A stretch of 58,552 nt of DNA from the sequence record DRR378314_1251, one strand, 5' to 3'. A program made the translations under genes and the position numbers. Below are positions 17,860 through 27,782 of this stretch, piece by piece; the stretch's first letter is position 1, and each line of letters opens with the position of its first letter. The notes beneath the pieces were generated by a model, which did not search any database, was not told the origin of the DNA, and was given only the letters and a program-made list of their open reading frames with translations.

Positions 17860-18537
17860 TCAGGACGCAGGCTCAAACGCCAGCAGGCTTTTGCGGAGGG
17901 TGTCGAACTCATGATGGATTTCGTGGGCGCCGACGTCTTCAAGTTCGTGGGCGGCGCCGAAGCCCCAGCTGACGCCGTGGGTGTAGACGCCGGCGGCGCG
18001 GCCCATGGAAATGTCGTGGATCGCATCGCCGATCATCAGGCTTTCATGCGGCGCGCAGCCCAGCGCGCCCATCGCTTGTTCCACCATGTGCGGATGCGGC
18101 TTGCCGGGGCCATCATCGGCGCACCAGATCGTGTCGAAGAAATGCTTGATGTCATGCGCCTCGAACAGGCTGGCAATGCCCTTGTGCGTCTTGCCGGTGG
18201 CCATGGCGATCAGCCAGCCCTCCTCGCGCAGCATTTCCAGCGTCTCCAGCGCGCCATCATAGAGCGGCTGGGCAAAATCCGGCCGGGCGCGGGCACGCAC
18301 CCAGGATTCGCGATAGTCCTGCACCAGCTTTTCAATGTCGTCAGCGCTGGCCTCCGGCGCCAACTGGCCGCACGCCTGATGCAGGCTGAGCCCGACAATC
18401 TTTCGGGTATCCTCATAGTCGGGCGGGGTCAGCGCGGAGAGGCGAAAGGCCTCCACCATGATCTCATGGATCGACTGGCGGCTGTCGACCAGTGTTCCGT
18501 CCACGTCCCAGATGGCGAGTTTCAGACTGTCACTCAT
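17860..18537 (-). CDS. HAD-IA family hydrolase (phosphoglycolate phosphatase-like)
   Basis: WDVDGTLVDS, ATGK, KPHP and MIGD motifs. Confidence 0.92.
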   Translation of the reverse strand: MSDSLKLAIWDVDGTLVDSRQSIHEIMVEAFRLSALTPPDYEDTRKIVGLSLHQACGQLAPEASADDIEKLVQDYRESWVRARARPDFAQPLYDGALETLEMLREEGWLIAMATGKTHKGIASLFEAHDIKHFFDTIWCADDGPGKPHPHMVEQAMGALGCAPHESLMIGDAIHDISMGRAAGVYTHGVSWGFGAAHELEDVGAHEIHHEFDTLRKSLLAFEPAS

Positions 18538-19580
18538 ACAAAGGGCGCGAGCGGGTCCTTGCCCGCTTCCTGTTCGAGGAAGCCGAGCGCCTCAAAGGTC
18601 TGTTTCATGTGCGGCGGCAACGGCGCAACGATCTTGATCGGCTTGCCATTCTCGCGCGGGATGATCAGGGCGCGGGCATGCAGATGCAGGCCGGGCGCGA
18701 GGCCCTGAGGCACTTCCCGACGGCACTGGTATTTGAAATCACCCAGAATGGACGTGTTCATTTCCAGCATGTGGAAGCGCAGCTGGTGCATGCGACCGGT
18801 TTCCGGCTTCAGCGCGACCCAGGCCGCTTTCTGCCCGGCCGTGGAAACAACCGCATAATCCGTGATCGAATGACGTGCACCTTCGACGCCTTGCGCAGAG
18901 CGGAACATGCGTTCACGGTCTGCATCGCGGCGGCCGCGGGCCTTCGGGTGCACGATGCGATAGCCATCCGGCTCGCGCTCATCCTCGATGCCCTTTACCA
19001 TCCAGCAGCGGATTTGGCCGAAAGGCGGATTGGGCACAGCCACAGTGACCGCCCAATAGACCTTGTCCATGTCACGGCTGCGGAACTTCTCGGCCAGTTG
19101 CGCGGCGGCCTTCGGATATTTGGCAAGCAGCAGCACGCCGCTCGTATCCTTGTCCAACCGGTGGACGAGAACCGGGCGATGCTCGCCATCGCCCAGCGCG
19201 GCCAGCATGCCATCAATATGGCGGCCCTGCCCCGACCCGCCCTGAACGGCGATACCGGCGGGCTTGTTGATGGCGATCATCTCGTCATCCTCATAGAGGA
19301 TCAGGTCACGGATGAACCGGCGATCTTCCTCGGAGATGCGATCCGCCTTTTTCTGGGCCGGGCGCGTTGCGTCCGCCTCCAGGATTGGCAGGCGCACCTG
19401 CTGGCCAGTCTCCAGCCGCGTATTCGCCTTGGCGCGAGACCCATCGACGCGGATCTGCCCCGTGCGGAGCATCTTCTCGATCTGGCCCTGCGTGACTGGC
19501 ACGCGACGCTTGACCCAGCGGTCAAGCCGGGTGCCGGATTCCTTGTCGGAAACCGTTTCTGTAACAATCTGGCCGCTCAT
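18534..19580 (-). CDS. RluA family pseudouridine synthase with S4 domain (RluC-like)
   Basis: RLDRW, NKPAG, VHRLDKDTSG and TGRMHQLR motifs; start ATG 19580 overlapping crcB stop. Confidence 0.93.
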   Translation of the reverse strand: MSGQIVTETVSDKESGTRLDRWVKRRVPVTQGQIEKMLRTGQIRVDGSRAKANTRLETGQQVRLPILEADATRPAQKKADRISEEDRRFIRDLILYEDDEMIAINKPAGIAVQGGSGQGRHIDGMLAALGDGEHRPVLVHRLDKDTSGVLLLAKYPKAAAQLAEKFRSRDMDKVYWAVTVAVPNPPFGQIRCWMVKGIEDEREPDGYRIVHPKARGRRDADRERMFRSAQGVEGARHSITDYAVVSTAGQKAAWVALKPETGRMHQLRFHMLEMNTSILGDFKYQCRREVPQGLAPGLHLHARALIIPRENGKPIKIVAPLPPHMKQTFEALGFLEQEAGKDPLAPFV

Positions 19581-19960
19581 GCGAACACCTTCCGCGCAAT
19601 CCAAAGTCCAATGAACAGCGCCATTACGCCCAGCAACAGGGACAGGCCCGCATAGGCCCCCGCCTTCACCGTCTCGCCCTTGCGCAGGAATTCTGCCACT
19701 TCCAGCGAGAAGGCCGAAAAGGTGGTGAATCCGCCAAGCACACCGGTCGCCAGAAAGAGCCGCGTCGTCTGGTGCAGCCCTTCTGCTTTCAGCGCCAGCC
19801 AGCCAACCAGCAGGCCCATCAGCAGGCTGCCCAGCAGGTTTACGGCAAACGTGCCATGCGGCCAGCCCGCCGGCAGATGGCGCACGGCCAAAAGACCGAC
19901 GCCATGCCGAAGCGATGCGCCAATGGCGCCGCCTGCTGCAACTGCGAGAAATCCGTTCAT
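19577..19960 (-). CDS. crcB: Fluoride efflux channel CrcB/Fluc
   Basis: GGAIGASLR, GTFAVNLLGS and GGFTTFSAF motifs. Confidence 0.96.
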   Translation of the reverse strand: MNGFLAVAAGGAIGASLRHGVGLLAVRHLPAGWPHGTFAVNLLGSLLMGLLVGWLALKAEGLHQTTRLFLATGVLGGFTTFSAFSLEVAEFLRKGETVKAGAYAGLSLLLGVMALFIGLWIARKVFA

Positions 19961-20046
19961 GGCGGCCTTCTACCCGTTCGCACGACGTTCTTAAAGGGCG
20001 AAACACCGTGAGGTGGCTCGAGCCGTCATGACCAAGCACGTAACAC

Positions 20047-20076
20047 AAAAAAAGGCCGGCCCGTGTCGGGCCGGCC
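20047..20076 (-). terminator. Rho-independent terminator
   Basis: GGCCGGCCCG-ACA-CGGGCCGGCC followed by T7 on the minus strand. Confidence 0.9.
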
Positions 20077-20149
20077 ATTCTGAAAGGCGTCTTGGGGACA
20101 TCGATCAGAAATTCGCAAATAGAGGGCCTGTCAGCCGGCCCTCTGATGC

Positions 20150-20806
20150 CTAGCGAGCTTGTGCGAGGCGGACCTCGGAATTCACCTTGCTGCTGACATA
20201 GTCTGGCGATGGCGAGTCCACACGGCCTTCAACGCCCGAGAAGAGCTGGACGATGTAGATCTTGCCATTCGCACGAACGGCGGCAATGCCCATGTGATCA
20301 AATTCGGACCGCGCCATATTCGCCGCGTTCACCGGGTCGGATTTCAGCGCATTGAAGGCTTCGGCTGCGGTTCCGAAATCAGAGATCACGGCCATGTTCG
20401 CACCGAATGCACCAATCAGATGCGTACGCTCCAGCATGCGGACGCGGTCCAGATGCCCACGACCTTCCGGATCGCTGTGCGCGATGTAATCCCGTGTGGC
20501 CATGTCATAGGCGTGAATACGCGCAGCTTCGTTGAGCGACTGAAGGCTTTTCAGGCCATCGGCGCCCTGGCTGGTGCGCATCGCATCCGTCAGACGGCTG
20601 AGTTCGGTTTGCATGAATGGATCAGCTTCTACACCCTGCGCCGATTGGAGGCAGGCTACAGTCTCTGATTGGAAAGCTGCGGGCTGAAGGGCGAGCCCGT
20701 CAGACAGGTCGCATTCCTGATCGGCATTTGCTGCCAGTCCCAGCGCCGCGAGCGCCAGAGCCGAGATTGACATATATTTGTAGCATCTCTGTAACATAAC
20801 TGTCAC
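20150..20806 (-). CDS. Exported CAP (SCP-like) domain protein; start uncertain
   Basis: Signal peptide; AARIHAYDMA, IAHSDPEG, MGIAAV and IYIVQLF motifs. Confidence 0.85.
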   Translation of the reverse strand: MTVMLQRCYKYMSISALALAALGLAANADQECDLSDGLALQPAAFQSETVACLQSAQGVEADPFMQTELSRLTDAMRTSQGADGLKSLQSLNEAARIHAYDMATRDYIAHSDPEGRGHLDRVRMLERTHLIGAFGANMAVISDFGTAAEAFNALKSDPVNAANMARSEFDHMGIAAVRANGKIYIVQLFSGVEGRVDSPSPDYVSSKVNSEVRLAQAR

Positions 20807-20900
20807 AATACATTTTGTGACGAATTTGCGTCAAGTAACTACAAAATTACGTATCTTTTCCGTATCGGCCTTTTCAGCTTAATGATCCAAGCACCTGAAT

Positions 20901-21374
20901 TTACTCAGTATCGGGCTGGCACGCGCGCAATCCTGAGACGGGAATGACGGTTTCCCAACCTCCAGAATTCAGGAGCGTTATGCGGCCAGATGAAATTTTT
21001 TGTCCGCCTTCGACGGTCTCGCCGGGGGTAATCTTCAAGAAAACCGACTCACTTTCGGGGCCGATATAGTCCATCTCTGTCATGAATTGCCCGAACAGGC
21101 TGCCGCCCTGACGAACCATGGCAAGCGTCTGCTGTGCCTCAGCCAGCATGGTTTCGGCGGTGCTGGCGCCGGCCCTGGAGAAATAGATGAAGCGGCGGGG
21201 ATCGCCCTGAGTCCAGAGAAACAGGCCGCACTCACCGGGTTCAAGATCCTGAGCAGGCAGATTCCCCGCAATGGGCACATCCGGCGCCGGCGGGACTGGC
21301 GCCTTTCCTGCCCCACTCGCGCAGCCTGCCAGGGCAAGCGTGCCCACCGTCAACATCGCAATCAACCGCTTCAT
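20901..21374 (-). CDS. Hypothetical lipoprotein at the end of the T2SS operon
   Basis: Lipobox LAGC; 4-nt overlap with gspN. Confidence 0.8.
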   Translation of the reverse strand: MKRLIAMLTVGTLALAGCASGAGKAPVPPAPDVPIAGNLPAQDLEPGECGLFLWTQGDPRRFIYFSRAGASTAETMLAEAQQTLAMVRQGGSLFGQFMTEMDYIGPESESVFLKITPGETVEGGQKISSGRITLLNSGGWETVIPVSGLRACQPDTE

Positions 21375-22114
21375 GGACGGCTCCCTTCTGGTTTTAGCGG
21401 ACGCTCATAGATCAGCGTGCCATTCTCGTCCCGAAAGCCAGCGAAGGCCAGATTTGCCTTCACTTCATCATCTGCCTCCGCAACGGTGACACGCAGGCCC
21501 GCAGATTGGCTGAACATCATATGCAGTACGGTACCGTCCGCCGCCTTACCCGACAGGTCGGCTTCGAGTTGGCCATTCAGGCACCCAAGCGGTCCACTCA
21601 CGATCGGCCAGTCGCGGCCAAAGCCAGCCGCCGCAAGGCGCACTACGTCGCTCGTCACAGTGCCCGCCGCGGACTCGCAGCGCTCGCCTGCCAGCCGGAC
21701 CTGACCATCGGACAAGCGAACGGAGCCTCCAAGCTGCGCGATCATGGGGTCTACATTCCATTCGTCTGTAAGAGGCAGGTTGAGATTGACGTGATCCGCA
21801 AGAATGGAGTCCCGACTGGCTTTGATGTCCGCCTGTCCCTGCCCCTGCTGGCCGACCCAGCTGACATGGTGCGATGGTCCACCGCCCAGCAAGCGCAGCA
21901 AGTCAGAATCCAGATTGATCGCCCCTACGGGCGTGCCACGCCAGGAAAGGCCCGTCACCTGACCATGCCAGATCGAGCCGCGCGCCTGCTGCCAGCCCAA
22001 TCCCCGCTCCGCCATACCGGATTGACGCAAGACAAACGACAGCGGCGTGAATGCGATGAGACCCCCGACAAGCGTGATCAGAAACAGGATGACAAAGAGC
22101 GTGCTGCTTCGCAT
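21371..22114 (-). CDS. gspN: Type II secretion protein N
   Basis: N-terminal TM, GSIWHG motif, two Cys; position after gspM. Confidence 0.85.
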   Translation of the reverse strand: MRSSTLFVILFLITLVGGLIAFTPLSFVLRQSGMAERGLGWQQARGSIWHGQVTGLSWRGTPVGAINLDSDLLRLLGGGPSHHVSWVGQQGQGQADIKASRDSILADHVNLNLPLTDEWNVDPMIAQLGGSVRLSDGQVRLAGERCESAAGTVTSDVVRLAAAGFGRDWPIVSGPLGCLNGQLEADLSGKAADGTVLHMMFSQSAGLRVTVAEADDEVKANLAFAGFRDENGTLIYERPLKPEGSRP

Positions 22115-22590
22115 CAGGTATCTCCTCCCGCGAACTCAAAACTGGCACGAACATATCCGCCCGGTTCGGCAAACATGGAAACCCGCTCTGGCACAATACC
22201 ATAGGAGTCATCTGCATCAGCCAGCCACGCATAAACAAGTGTCGGTGCGGCCTGTTCGAATTGCAGGATCAGACGGTCATCGTCTGTGGTCTGCAGGCGT
22301 GACACAGACAGACCGCGGGCATTGGCAAGCTGCAACAGGTCCGCCCGCACATTGCCGCTGGACGCTTCAGATGATTCGGCAGGTCCGGTGCCTGTGGATC
22401 TTGTCGCCAGTTCCGCGGAGACCACGTCCAATTGCCGGCTTGCGGCTTCTAGCTTCATGGATGCATCGGCGCGCGCGGCCGTCACGGGGCGCACAACCCC
22501 AAACTGCGCCAGAGCAAAGATCCCAAGCAACGCCGCCACGGCCAGCAAGCCCTTTTCGCGCCCCGACCGCTCGTTCCAATACTGCATCAT
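22114..22590 (-). CDS. gspM: Type II secretion protein M
   Basis: WNERSGREKGLL followed by TM and coiled coil; operon position. Confidence 0.88.
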   Translation of the reverse strand: MMQYWNERSGREKGLLAVAALLGIFALAQFGVVRPVTAARADASMKLEAASRQLDVVSAELATRSTGTGPAESSEASSGNVRADLLQLANARGLSVSRLQTTDDDRLILQFEQAAPTLVYAWLADADDSYGIVPERVSMFAEPGGYVRASFEFAGGDT

Positions 22591-23693
22591 GAGCGGCCTC
22601 CAATGGAAAGATCCCCGACGACGAGCCCATCCTCCAGTCGCGTATCGCCCAGATTCACACGCATGCCGGTCTGTTCGACAGCCTGCTTCAAATCCTGGTC
22701 TGCGCCGAAAGCGGGATAGGTCAGCGTGGCGCGCAGTTCACCCATGTTGCGGTCATAGCGCAAGCTGACCAGTGACGCCCCCGGGGTCTCTGCCACCGCG
22801 CCATAGAGCACCGCGCTTGTTTGCTCGAAATCGGCGGACGGACTGCGCGATGCATTTCCCTCGCTCGCGCGCAAGGCAGCGGCAGGATTGGAAGGCATCG
22901 ACTGGTCTGGAAATGCCGCCGCATAGAGACGCGCCGTTTCCGCATCCAGACCGGCCGTCAGCTGTTTCATCTTCTCGACGGACCAGACGGACTGCGCGGT
23001 CCAGGCCAGGAAGAGCGATGCCGCCAACGCAGCAGGAAGGCGGAAGCGGGTGAGATTGATCGATTGTTCAGATGGACGAGCGTATTCGCCTTGCCTCAAA
23101 TCGACGAGGCGCGGTGCATTCTCTGCCCAGCTGGCGAGTTGCGTGAGGCTGTCGGTCTGCTGAATATTCGGCTCAGCGTCCTTTTCCCGCATCAGCGCCG
23201 CCATCACATCTGATGGCCAATACGGATCAATCGCGACAGGACGGCCGCTGATTGTTGCGAGCTGTCGCGAACCGAAATCTGCATGCGTTGACGCGGGCAG
23301 CACGGACAGGTCTGGCACCAAACGCGCAGCCCCAATCCCGGCAGAGTCCAATGCGTCCAACCAGCCCGCCATGCTCTGCCTTGAAACCGCATAGACGAGC
23401 CTGTGGTCACTGGCCTCTTGCGCAGCTTCGACCGCCACATGCATCGTATCGACGGGAACGGCGAGTTCATCTTCGATGGCAAATGCCGCGAGCCGTGTCA
23501 TCTCGGCGGGCCGTTTCGCTGTCATCCGCACCCTGTGCGCAGACACCTCCGTGCCCGGCACGAACACGACCAGATCCGCCCCGGAGGGAAGGGTTGCATT
23601 TGGCGGTAGCGTTTCAATCCCATGCGGACCACTGCGCACGAAACGCCACTCAGCGCCACTGGCGGGAATTTCCGTATATATACGCGTGCGCAT
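22587..23693 (-). CDS. gspL: Type II secretion protein L
   Basis: FVPG, FAIEDELA, LVPD and DLRQGEY motifs; single TM. Confidence 0.9.
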   Translation of the reverse strand: MRTRIYTEIPASGAEWRFVRSGPHGIETLPPNATLPSGADLVVFVPGTEVSAHRVRMTAKRPAEMTRLAAFAIEDELAVPVDTMHVAVEAAQEASDHRLVYAVSRQSMAGWLDALDSAGIGAARLVPDLSVLPASTHADFGSRQLATISGRPVAIDPYWPSDVMAALMREKDAEPNIQQTDSLTQLASWAENAPRLVDLRQGEYARPSEQSINLTRFRLPAALAASLFLAWTAQSVWSVEKMKQLTAGLDAETARLYAAAFPDQSMPSNPAAALRASEGNASRSPSADFEQTSAVLYGAVAETPGASLVSLRYDRNMGELRATLTYPAFGADQDLKQAVEQTGMRVNLGDTRLEDGLVVGDLSIGGRS

Positions 23694-24679
23694 CAGCGAA
23701 GGCTCCTGTGCGAGTTCAGCAGGACGAAACGGCCATTATCACCCCGCCCGTATAGAGCGTCTATTGCGATATCACCCGTTCCCGAAGACACTGTGATGAT
23801 GGCGCCAATTACGCTCGAAACCGTAGAGAGCTCATGATCCCGGCGCAGTTCCGGCGCGATGCTCACCACATTCTCTGAAAGCAGAAATTCCTCAACATTC
23901 AACCAGCCCCCACTTGGCCGCGACAAGATAAGTCGTTCAGCTTCACTGACGCTCAGCTCTTCTGACAGCCGCGCCGCCAGCAGTGGCGCCTGGGACTCGG
24001 TCAGCGTATTGATGTTCATGGGGGGATTGTTCGTATCCGAGCGCACACAGACAAGGTTTGAAATGGCGGCGCGCGTTTCTGGCGTATACCCCTTGATGGC
24101 CCTCAGGTCCTGACGGGACACGAGACGCTGGCCCGGAGTGCGATGCGGGACAGCGCGATCAAAATACAGCGCGTCCTCGCCGCCGAAGGCGCGTGGACTG
24201 GAGTCCGCGTCCATCCAGTCTGCCAGCGTATCAACCATTTCGCGTGCTTCGGTGCTGAACAGTCCAGCCCCTTCCAGCAGGCGATGAAGTTGATCCGTCG
24301 AGACCGTGCCGCCCGCATCTTCGGCGTCCGACAGGACCAGGGAATTCAGGTTCAGACAATTCGTGGCATCATACAGGTCTACTGTGATGACGCCGCGGGG
24401 ATAGGTGAAGCGGATCGGCTCAGCAAAGATGGCAGAGTCGGCATCCAGTTTCCCATTTGTCTGAGCGAGCAGTTCATTGACGATGACTTCGCCAACTGAA
24501 ATCGCCCCCCGCGCCGCCCAGAAGCGATCCGCCCTGTCGGTGGAAACGCGCGAAACATGGACCGATCTGGCGAGCGCGTCGGTCGCCGCCAGCGCAGCGG
24601 TCGACATCAGCACGATCAGCAACAGAACACTGAGAAGCGTCGCGCCGCGTTCAGTATCGCGGTTTTCTGATTGCATCAT
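23693..24679 (-). CDS. gspK: Type II secretion minor pseudopilin K
   Basis: G-ATLLSVLL prepilin-like N-terminus; LNLN, DWMDAD and NINT motifs. Confidence 0.92.
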   Translation of the reverse strand: MMQSENRDTERGATLLSVLLLIVLMSTAALAATDALARSVHVSRVSTDRADRFWAARGAISVGEVIVNELLAQTNGKLDADSAIFAEPIRFTYPRGVITVDLYDATNCLNLNSLVLSDAEDAGGTVSTDQLHRLLEGAGLFSTEAREMVDTLADWMDADSSPRAFGGEDALYFDRAVPHRTPGQRLVSRQDLRAIKGYTPETRAAISNLVCVRSDTNNPPMNINTLTESQAPLLAARLSEELSVSEAERLILSRPSGGWLNVEEFLLSENVVSIAPELRRDHELSTVSSVIGAIITVSSGTGDIAIDALYGRGDNGRFVLLNSHRSLR

Positions 24680-25272
24680 CCGGCACCTCCCACCAGGAAG
24701 ACCTGCCGCAATTCGTCACCCTCTCCGAACACAAGCGTAAGCTCTACCAGTTCCGGCAACGCATCCGCCTGCCCCGACCAGTCCAGCCGCCAGTTCTCAC
24801 TGGAGAAGAACCGAATGCCCACCGTTTCGAGACCTTGCGCCAAGACCCGGTCAGCATACGGCGTTCTGTAAACCGGGTCTGGCCGCAACCACGCTCGGCG
24901 CACCAGGCTTCCATTATCAAGAAGATACTCGACCCGTTGCAAGTCTCCGCGCGGATCGGTTTCATCCAGATTGAACCAGCCCGCACGGGTGAACGCCATC
25001 AAGGGTTCAAGTGTGGAATACCCTCCACTGAACGCCCTTGGCGCATCTAGCCCGTTCGCGGGGCGTGTCCGCCGCAAAGTCGCATTGGCGAGATCATCCC
25101 TCAACAGACTATGCGCCGCGCTTTGGCTGCGCACCATGTCTGTGCGGGCTTCCACCATCTGCCCGGAGCGTAACGTCTGGATCAGCAAGGTGGAGCCGGC
25201 AACCATCAGAAGGGATGTCACCGCCAGCGCAACGAGCATTTCAATGAGCGTGAAACCAGCAGTCCTGCTCAT
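24676..25272 (-). CDS. gspJ: Type II secretion minor pseudopilin J
   Basis: G-FTLIEMLVAL; LQRVEY; start ATG 25272. Confidence 0.92.
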   Translation of the reverse strand: MSRTAGFTLIEMLVALAVTSLLMVAGSTLLIQTLRSGQMVEARTDMVRSQSAAHSLLRDDLANATLRRTRPANGLDAPRAFSGGYSTLEPLMAFTRAGWFNLDETDPRGDLQRVEYLLDNGSLVRRAWLRPDPVYRTPYADRVLAQGLETVGIRFFSSENWRLDWSGQADALPELVELTLVFGEGDELRQVFLVGGAG

Positions 25273-25646
25273 GGCGCGGCCCTGTGCACAAGTGTTTGCC
25301 GGGTCACCAATTGCTGGTCTGTCTCTGCGTCGCTGACAATCACCTGCACCGCGAACAGGTTCTGCCGATCTGTCGCTGCGATCGTGCGCGTCCATGCGAG
25401 TGCTCGGCCCCGCTGCTCACTCGTTCCAGACTGAATACCCGGCGCGAACGTGTCCGACACTGCCATGATTTCCGCGATCTGATTGTCCGCTTCGACCGTC
25501 GCAAGGAAGCGCTGGTCAACATGCCGGGCGCCCACGAGCGTTTCATTGCCCAGATGCGCCAGTGACATCGCCGCGATGCTGAAGACGCCCAATGCGACCA
25601 GCACCTCAACCAGTGTAAATCCATGCTCCTGACGCGTGATGGCCAT
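25269..25646 (-). CDS. gspI: Type II secretion minor pseudopilin I
   Basis: G-FTLVEVLVAL; start ATG 25646. Confidence 0.92.
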   Translation of the reverse strand: MAITRQEHGFTLVEVLVALGVFSIAAMSLAHLGNETLVGARHVDQRFLATVEADNQIAEIMAVSDTFAPGIQSGTSEQRGRALAWTRTIAATDRQNLFAVQVIVSDAETDQQLVTRQTLVHRAAP

Positions 25647-25647
25647 T

Positions 25648-26106
25648 CTAACGCTCCACCCTGAACTGACCGGCCGCGGAAACATTGATCGTCCGTACGG
25701 CAGTGCCCTCTCTCAGCGTTAGTGGTCGACCGCTGACCATGCCTGTGGGGTCGGCCACAATGGCGGGCCAGTCCTTGCGATCGTCTCGGCTCTTGCGAAC
25801 CGCCAACTGGATGGAAGACGGCAAACGGTGATTTGACCTGGCGATCGCCACCCAGTCGCCATTGGCCCAAGATTGAGATTGGTATCCCTGAGCAGTCACG
25901 TGGATCGCGCGCAATTCACCGGACGAGATCGCCTCATCCGAAATGCGTTCGATTGCGTCTTCCAATCGCGCAAGCTCACGATCCAGCCCGGACGGCTGGC
26001 GTGGGAGCGTCATGACGATGGCCGCGCTGGCAAGCGCCAGAATGAACAAGGCGACAAGCACTTCCACCAATGACATGCCCGACTGAGAGGACGATGACAG
26101 CTTCAT
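25648..26106 (-). CDS. gspH: Type II secretion minor pseudopilin H
   Basis: G-MSLVEVLVAL; lies between gspG and gspI. Confidence 0.88.
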   Translation of the reverse strand: MKLSSSSQSGMSLVEVLVALFILALASAAIVMTLPRQPSGLDRELARLEDAIERISDEAISSGELRAIHVTAQGYQSQSWANGDWVAIARSNHRLPSSIQLAVRKSRDDRKDWPAIVADPTGMVSGRPLTLREGTAVRTINVSAAGQFRVER

Positions 26107-26564
26107 TAGGACATGGAATCCCAATTGCCGATATCATCATCCGTTCCGGCCTGACCATCCGGCCCTGTCGAGAACACATCATATGCGCCGCCCGACCGTG
26201 TGCCCGGATAGGCGTATTGATAGGCATTGCCCCAGGGATCGGTGCGCAGGCGCTTGATGTATCCGCCGGGGCGATACTGAGCCGCCTGCGGCCCCGTGGG
26301 CGCAGTGTTGAGCGCCGCCAGACCCTGATCTGCAGAGGGGTAATTGTACATGTCCAGATTGTACATATCGAGTGCGCTTTCGAGCGCCGCGATATCAGAA
26401 TGCGCCTTGCCGATACGGGATTGATCCGTTGCGGGCGCAACATTGATCACGATCAGCGTGGCCAACAGACCCATGATGAAAACAACCACCATCAATTCAA
26501 CGAGTGAAAAGCCTGCCGACATGTTGCGACGGCCCTGTTCTGTTTGGGGTGCTTTGAAGTCCAT
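26106..26564 (-). CDS. gspG: Type II secretion major pseudopilin G
   Basis: G-FSLVELMVV; DPWGNAYQY; GPDG...DDIGNW. Confidence 0.96.
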   Translation of the reverse strand: MDFKAPQTEQGRRNMSAGFSLVELMVVVFIMGLLATLIVINVAPATDQSRIGKAHSDIAALESALDMYNLDMYNYPSADQGLAALNTAPTGPQAAQYRPGGYIKRLRTDPWGNAYQYAYPGTRSGGAYDVFSTGPDGQAGTDDDIGNWDSMS

Positions 26565-26573
26565 GAAAGCCTC

Positions 26574-27782
26574 CTATCCAATAGCGAGTGTGTTGAGTTG
26601 CAGGATTGGCAGCATGACCGACAGGACGATCAATCCGACTATCCCGCCCAGAACAACAATGATCAGCGGTTCCAGCAAGGACAGCAGGGTCGAAGAGCCA
26701 GTTTCGAATTCTGAATCCAGAAAGTCAGCGGCGCGGGTCATCATGCCCGGAATGTCCCGGCCCGCCTCACCGCTCGACACCATGTGCACCATCATCGGCG
26801 GGAAGACGCCCGTGGCCTTCAAGGCGCCAGCAAAGGAACCACCTTCCCGGACGCGCTCTGCTATCTGATCCGCGGCATTGCTGAAGACGAGGTTTCCCGA
26901 CGCGCCCTTGGCGCCCGCGAGCGCCTCAAGCACGGTCGCGCCAGAGCCGGACAGCGTGGCGAACACGCGGGCGAACCGGCCCGCGCAGACGGTGCGATTC
27001 AATGGGCCAATAATGGGCATGCGCAAGCTGTAATGATCCACTGCGCGGCGGACGACAGGCAATCGCGCAGCACGGACAATCAGGAAGATGCCTATCGCCA
27101 AAACGAGACCAATGAGGATGCCATGCGCCTTCAACGTCTCCGACATGCCGATAACGATCCGGGTAATGAACGGTATGTCGGCATCGAACAGATCGAATTG
27201 CTCGACCAGACGCGGCACCACGAACAGCATCATGGCAATGATCATACCGACCGCCATCACCCCAAGCACCGCAGGATAAATCAGTGCCGCCTGAACTTTC
27301 TGACGAAGTTGGTGACTGCGTTCCAGATAAGTGGCAAGCCGTTCGGTGACATCACCCAGGCGACCTGACATTTCACCGGCGGACACCACTGAACGCACGA
27401 GCGGAGGGAACGCCTTTGGCGCGATCGACATGGCGTCCGCCAGGCGCGCGCCCTCAGTCACTTCGGCCTTAATGGCATGTAGCACTCTTTGGGATTGCGG
27501 CGTCGAGGCATCCTCCGCAGCCGCGGCAAGGGCCTGTTCAACTGGTAAGCCGGATTGGAGCAGAACTGACAATTGCCGCACGAGCAGAACCCGCTGCTTC
27601 TCGCTGATACCGCCGCGCACACGGCTCGCTTTGGCAGCTGTCTCGCTTACCGGGTTCACATCAAGCGCCATGAGATCTCTCAGACGCAATTCCCGTCGTG
27701 CGGAGCGCGGACTGTCGGCAGAGATGATACCCTTTTGACGGCGACCATGTCCGTCAACCGCAACATATTCGAAGGCTGGCAT
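26574..27782 (-). CDS. gspF: Type II secretion inner-membrane protein F
   Basis: GEMSGRL, ALIYP and LLEP motifs; three TM segments. Confidence 0.96.
   Translation of the reverse strand: MPAFEYVAVDGHGRRQKGIISADSPRSARRELRLRDLMALDVNPVSETAAKASRVRGGISEKQRVLLVRQLSVLLQSGLPVEQALAAAAEDASTPQSQRVLHAIKAEVTEGARLADAMSIAPKAFPPLVRSVVSAGEMSGRLGDVTERLATYLERSHQLRQKVQAALIYPAVLGVMAVGMIIAMMLFVVPRLVEQFDLFDADIPFITRIVIGMSETLKAHGILIGLVLAIGIFLIVRAARLPVVRRAVDHYSLRMPIIGPLNRTVCAGRFARVFATLSGSGATVLEALAGAKGASGNLVFSNAADQIAERVREGGSFAGALKATGVFPPMMVHMVSSGEAGRDIPGMMTRAADFLDSEFETGSSTLLSLLEPLIIVVLGGIVGLIVLSVMLPILQLNTLAIG

Noticed and set aside
15466-19655. Long plus-strand ORFs (472, 587 and 387 aa)
   Set aside because: Antisense shadows of pccB, ATP12, HAD and RluA genes, expected from high-GC codon bias; no recognisable motifs
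19961-20046. Possible fluoride riboswitch upstream of crcB
   Set aside because: Only a partial GGTGTTTCGCC resemblance; the conserved 5' GATG and 3' pseudoknot elements were not found
18534-20078. 514-aa version of the pseudouridine synthase ORF
   Set aside because: The extension overlaps crcB in another frame and a terminator; the real start is ATG 19580
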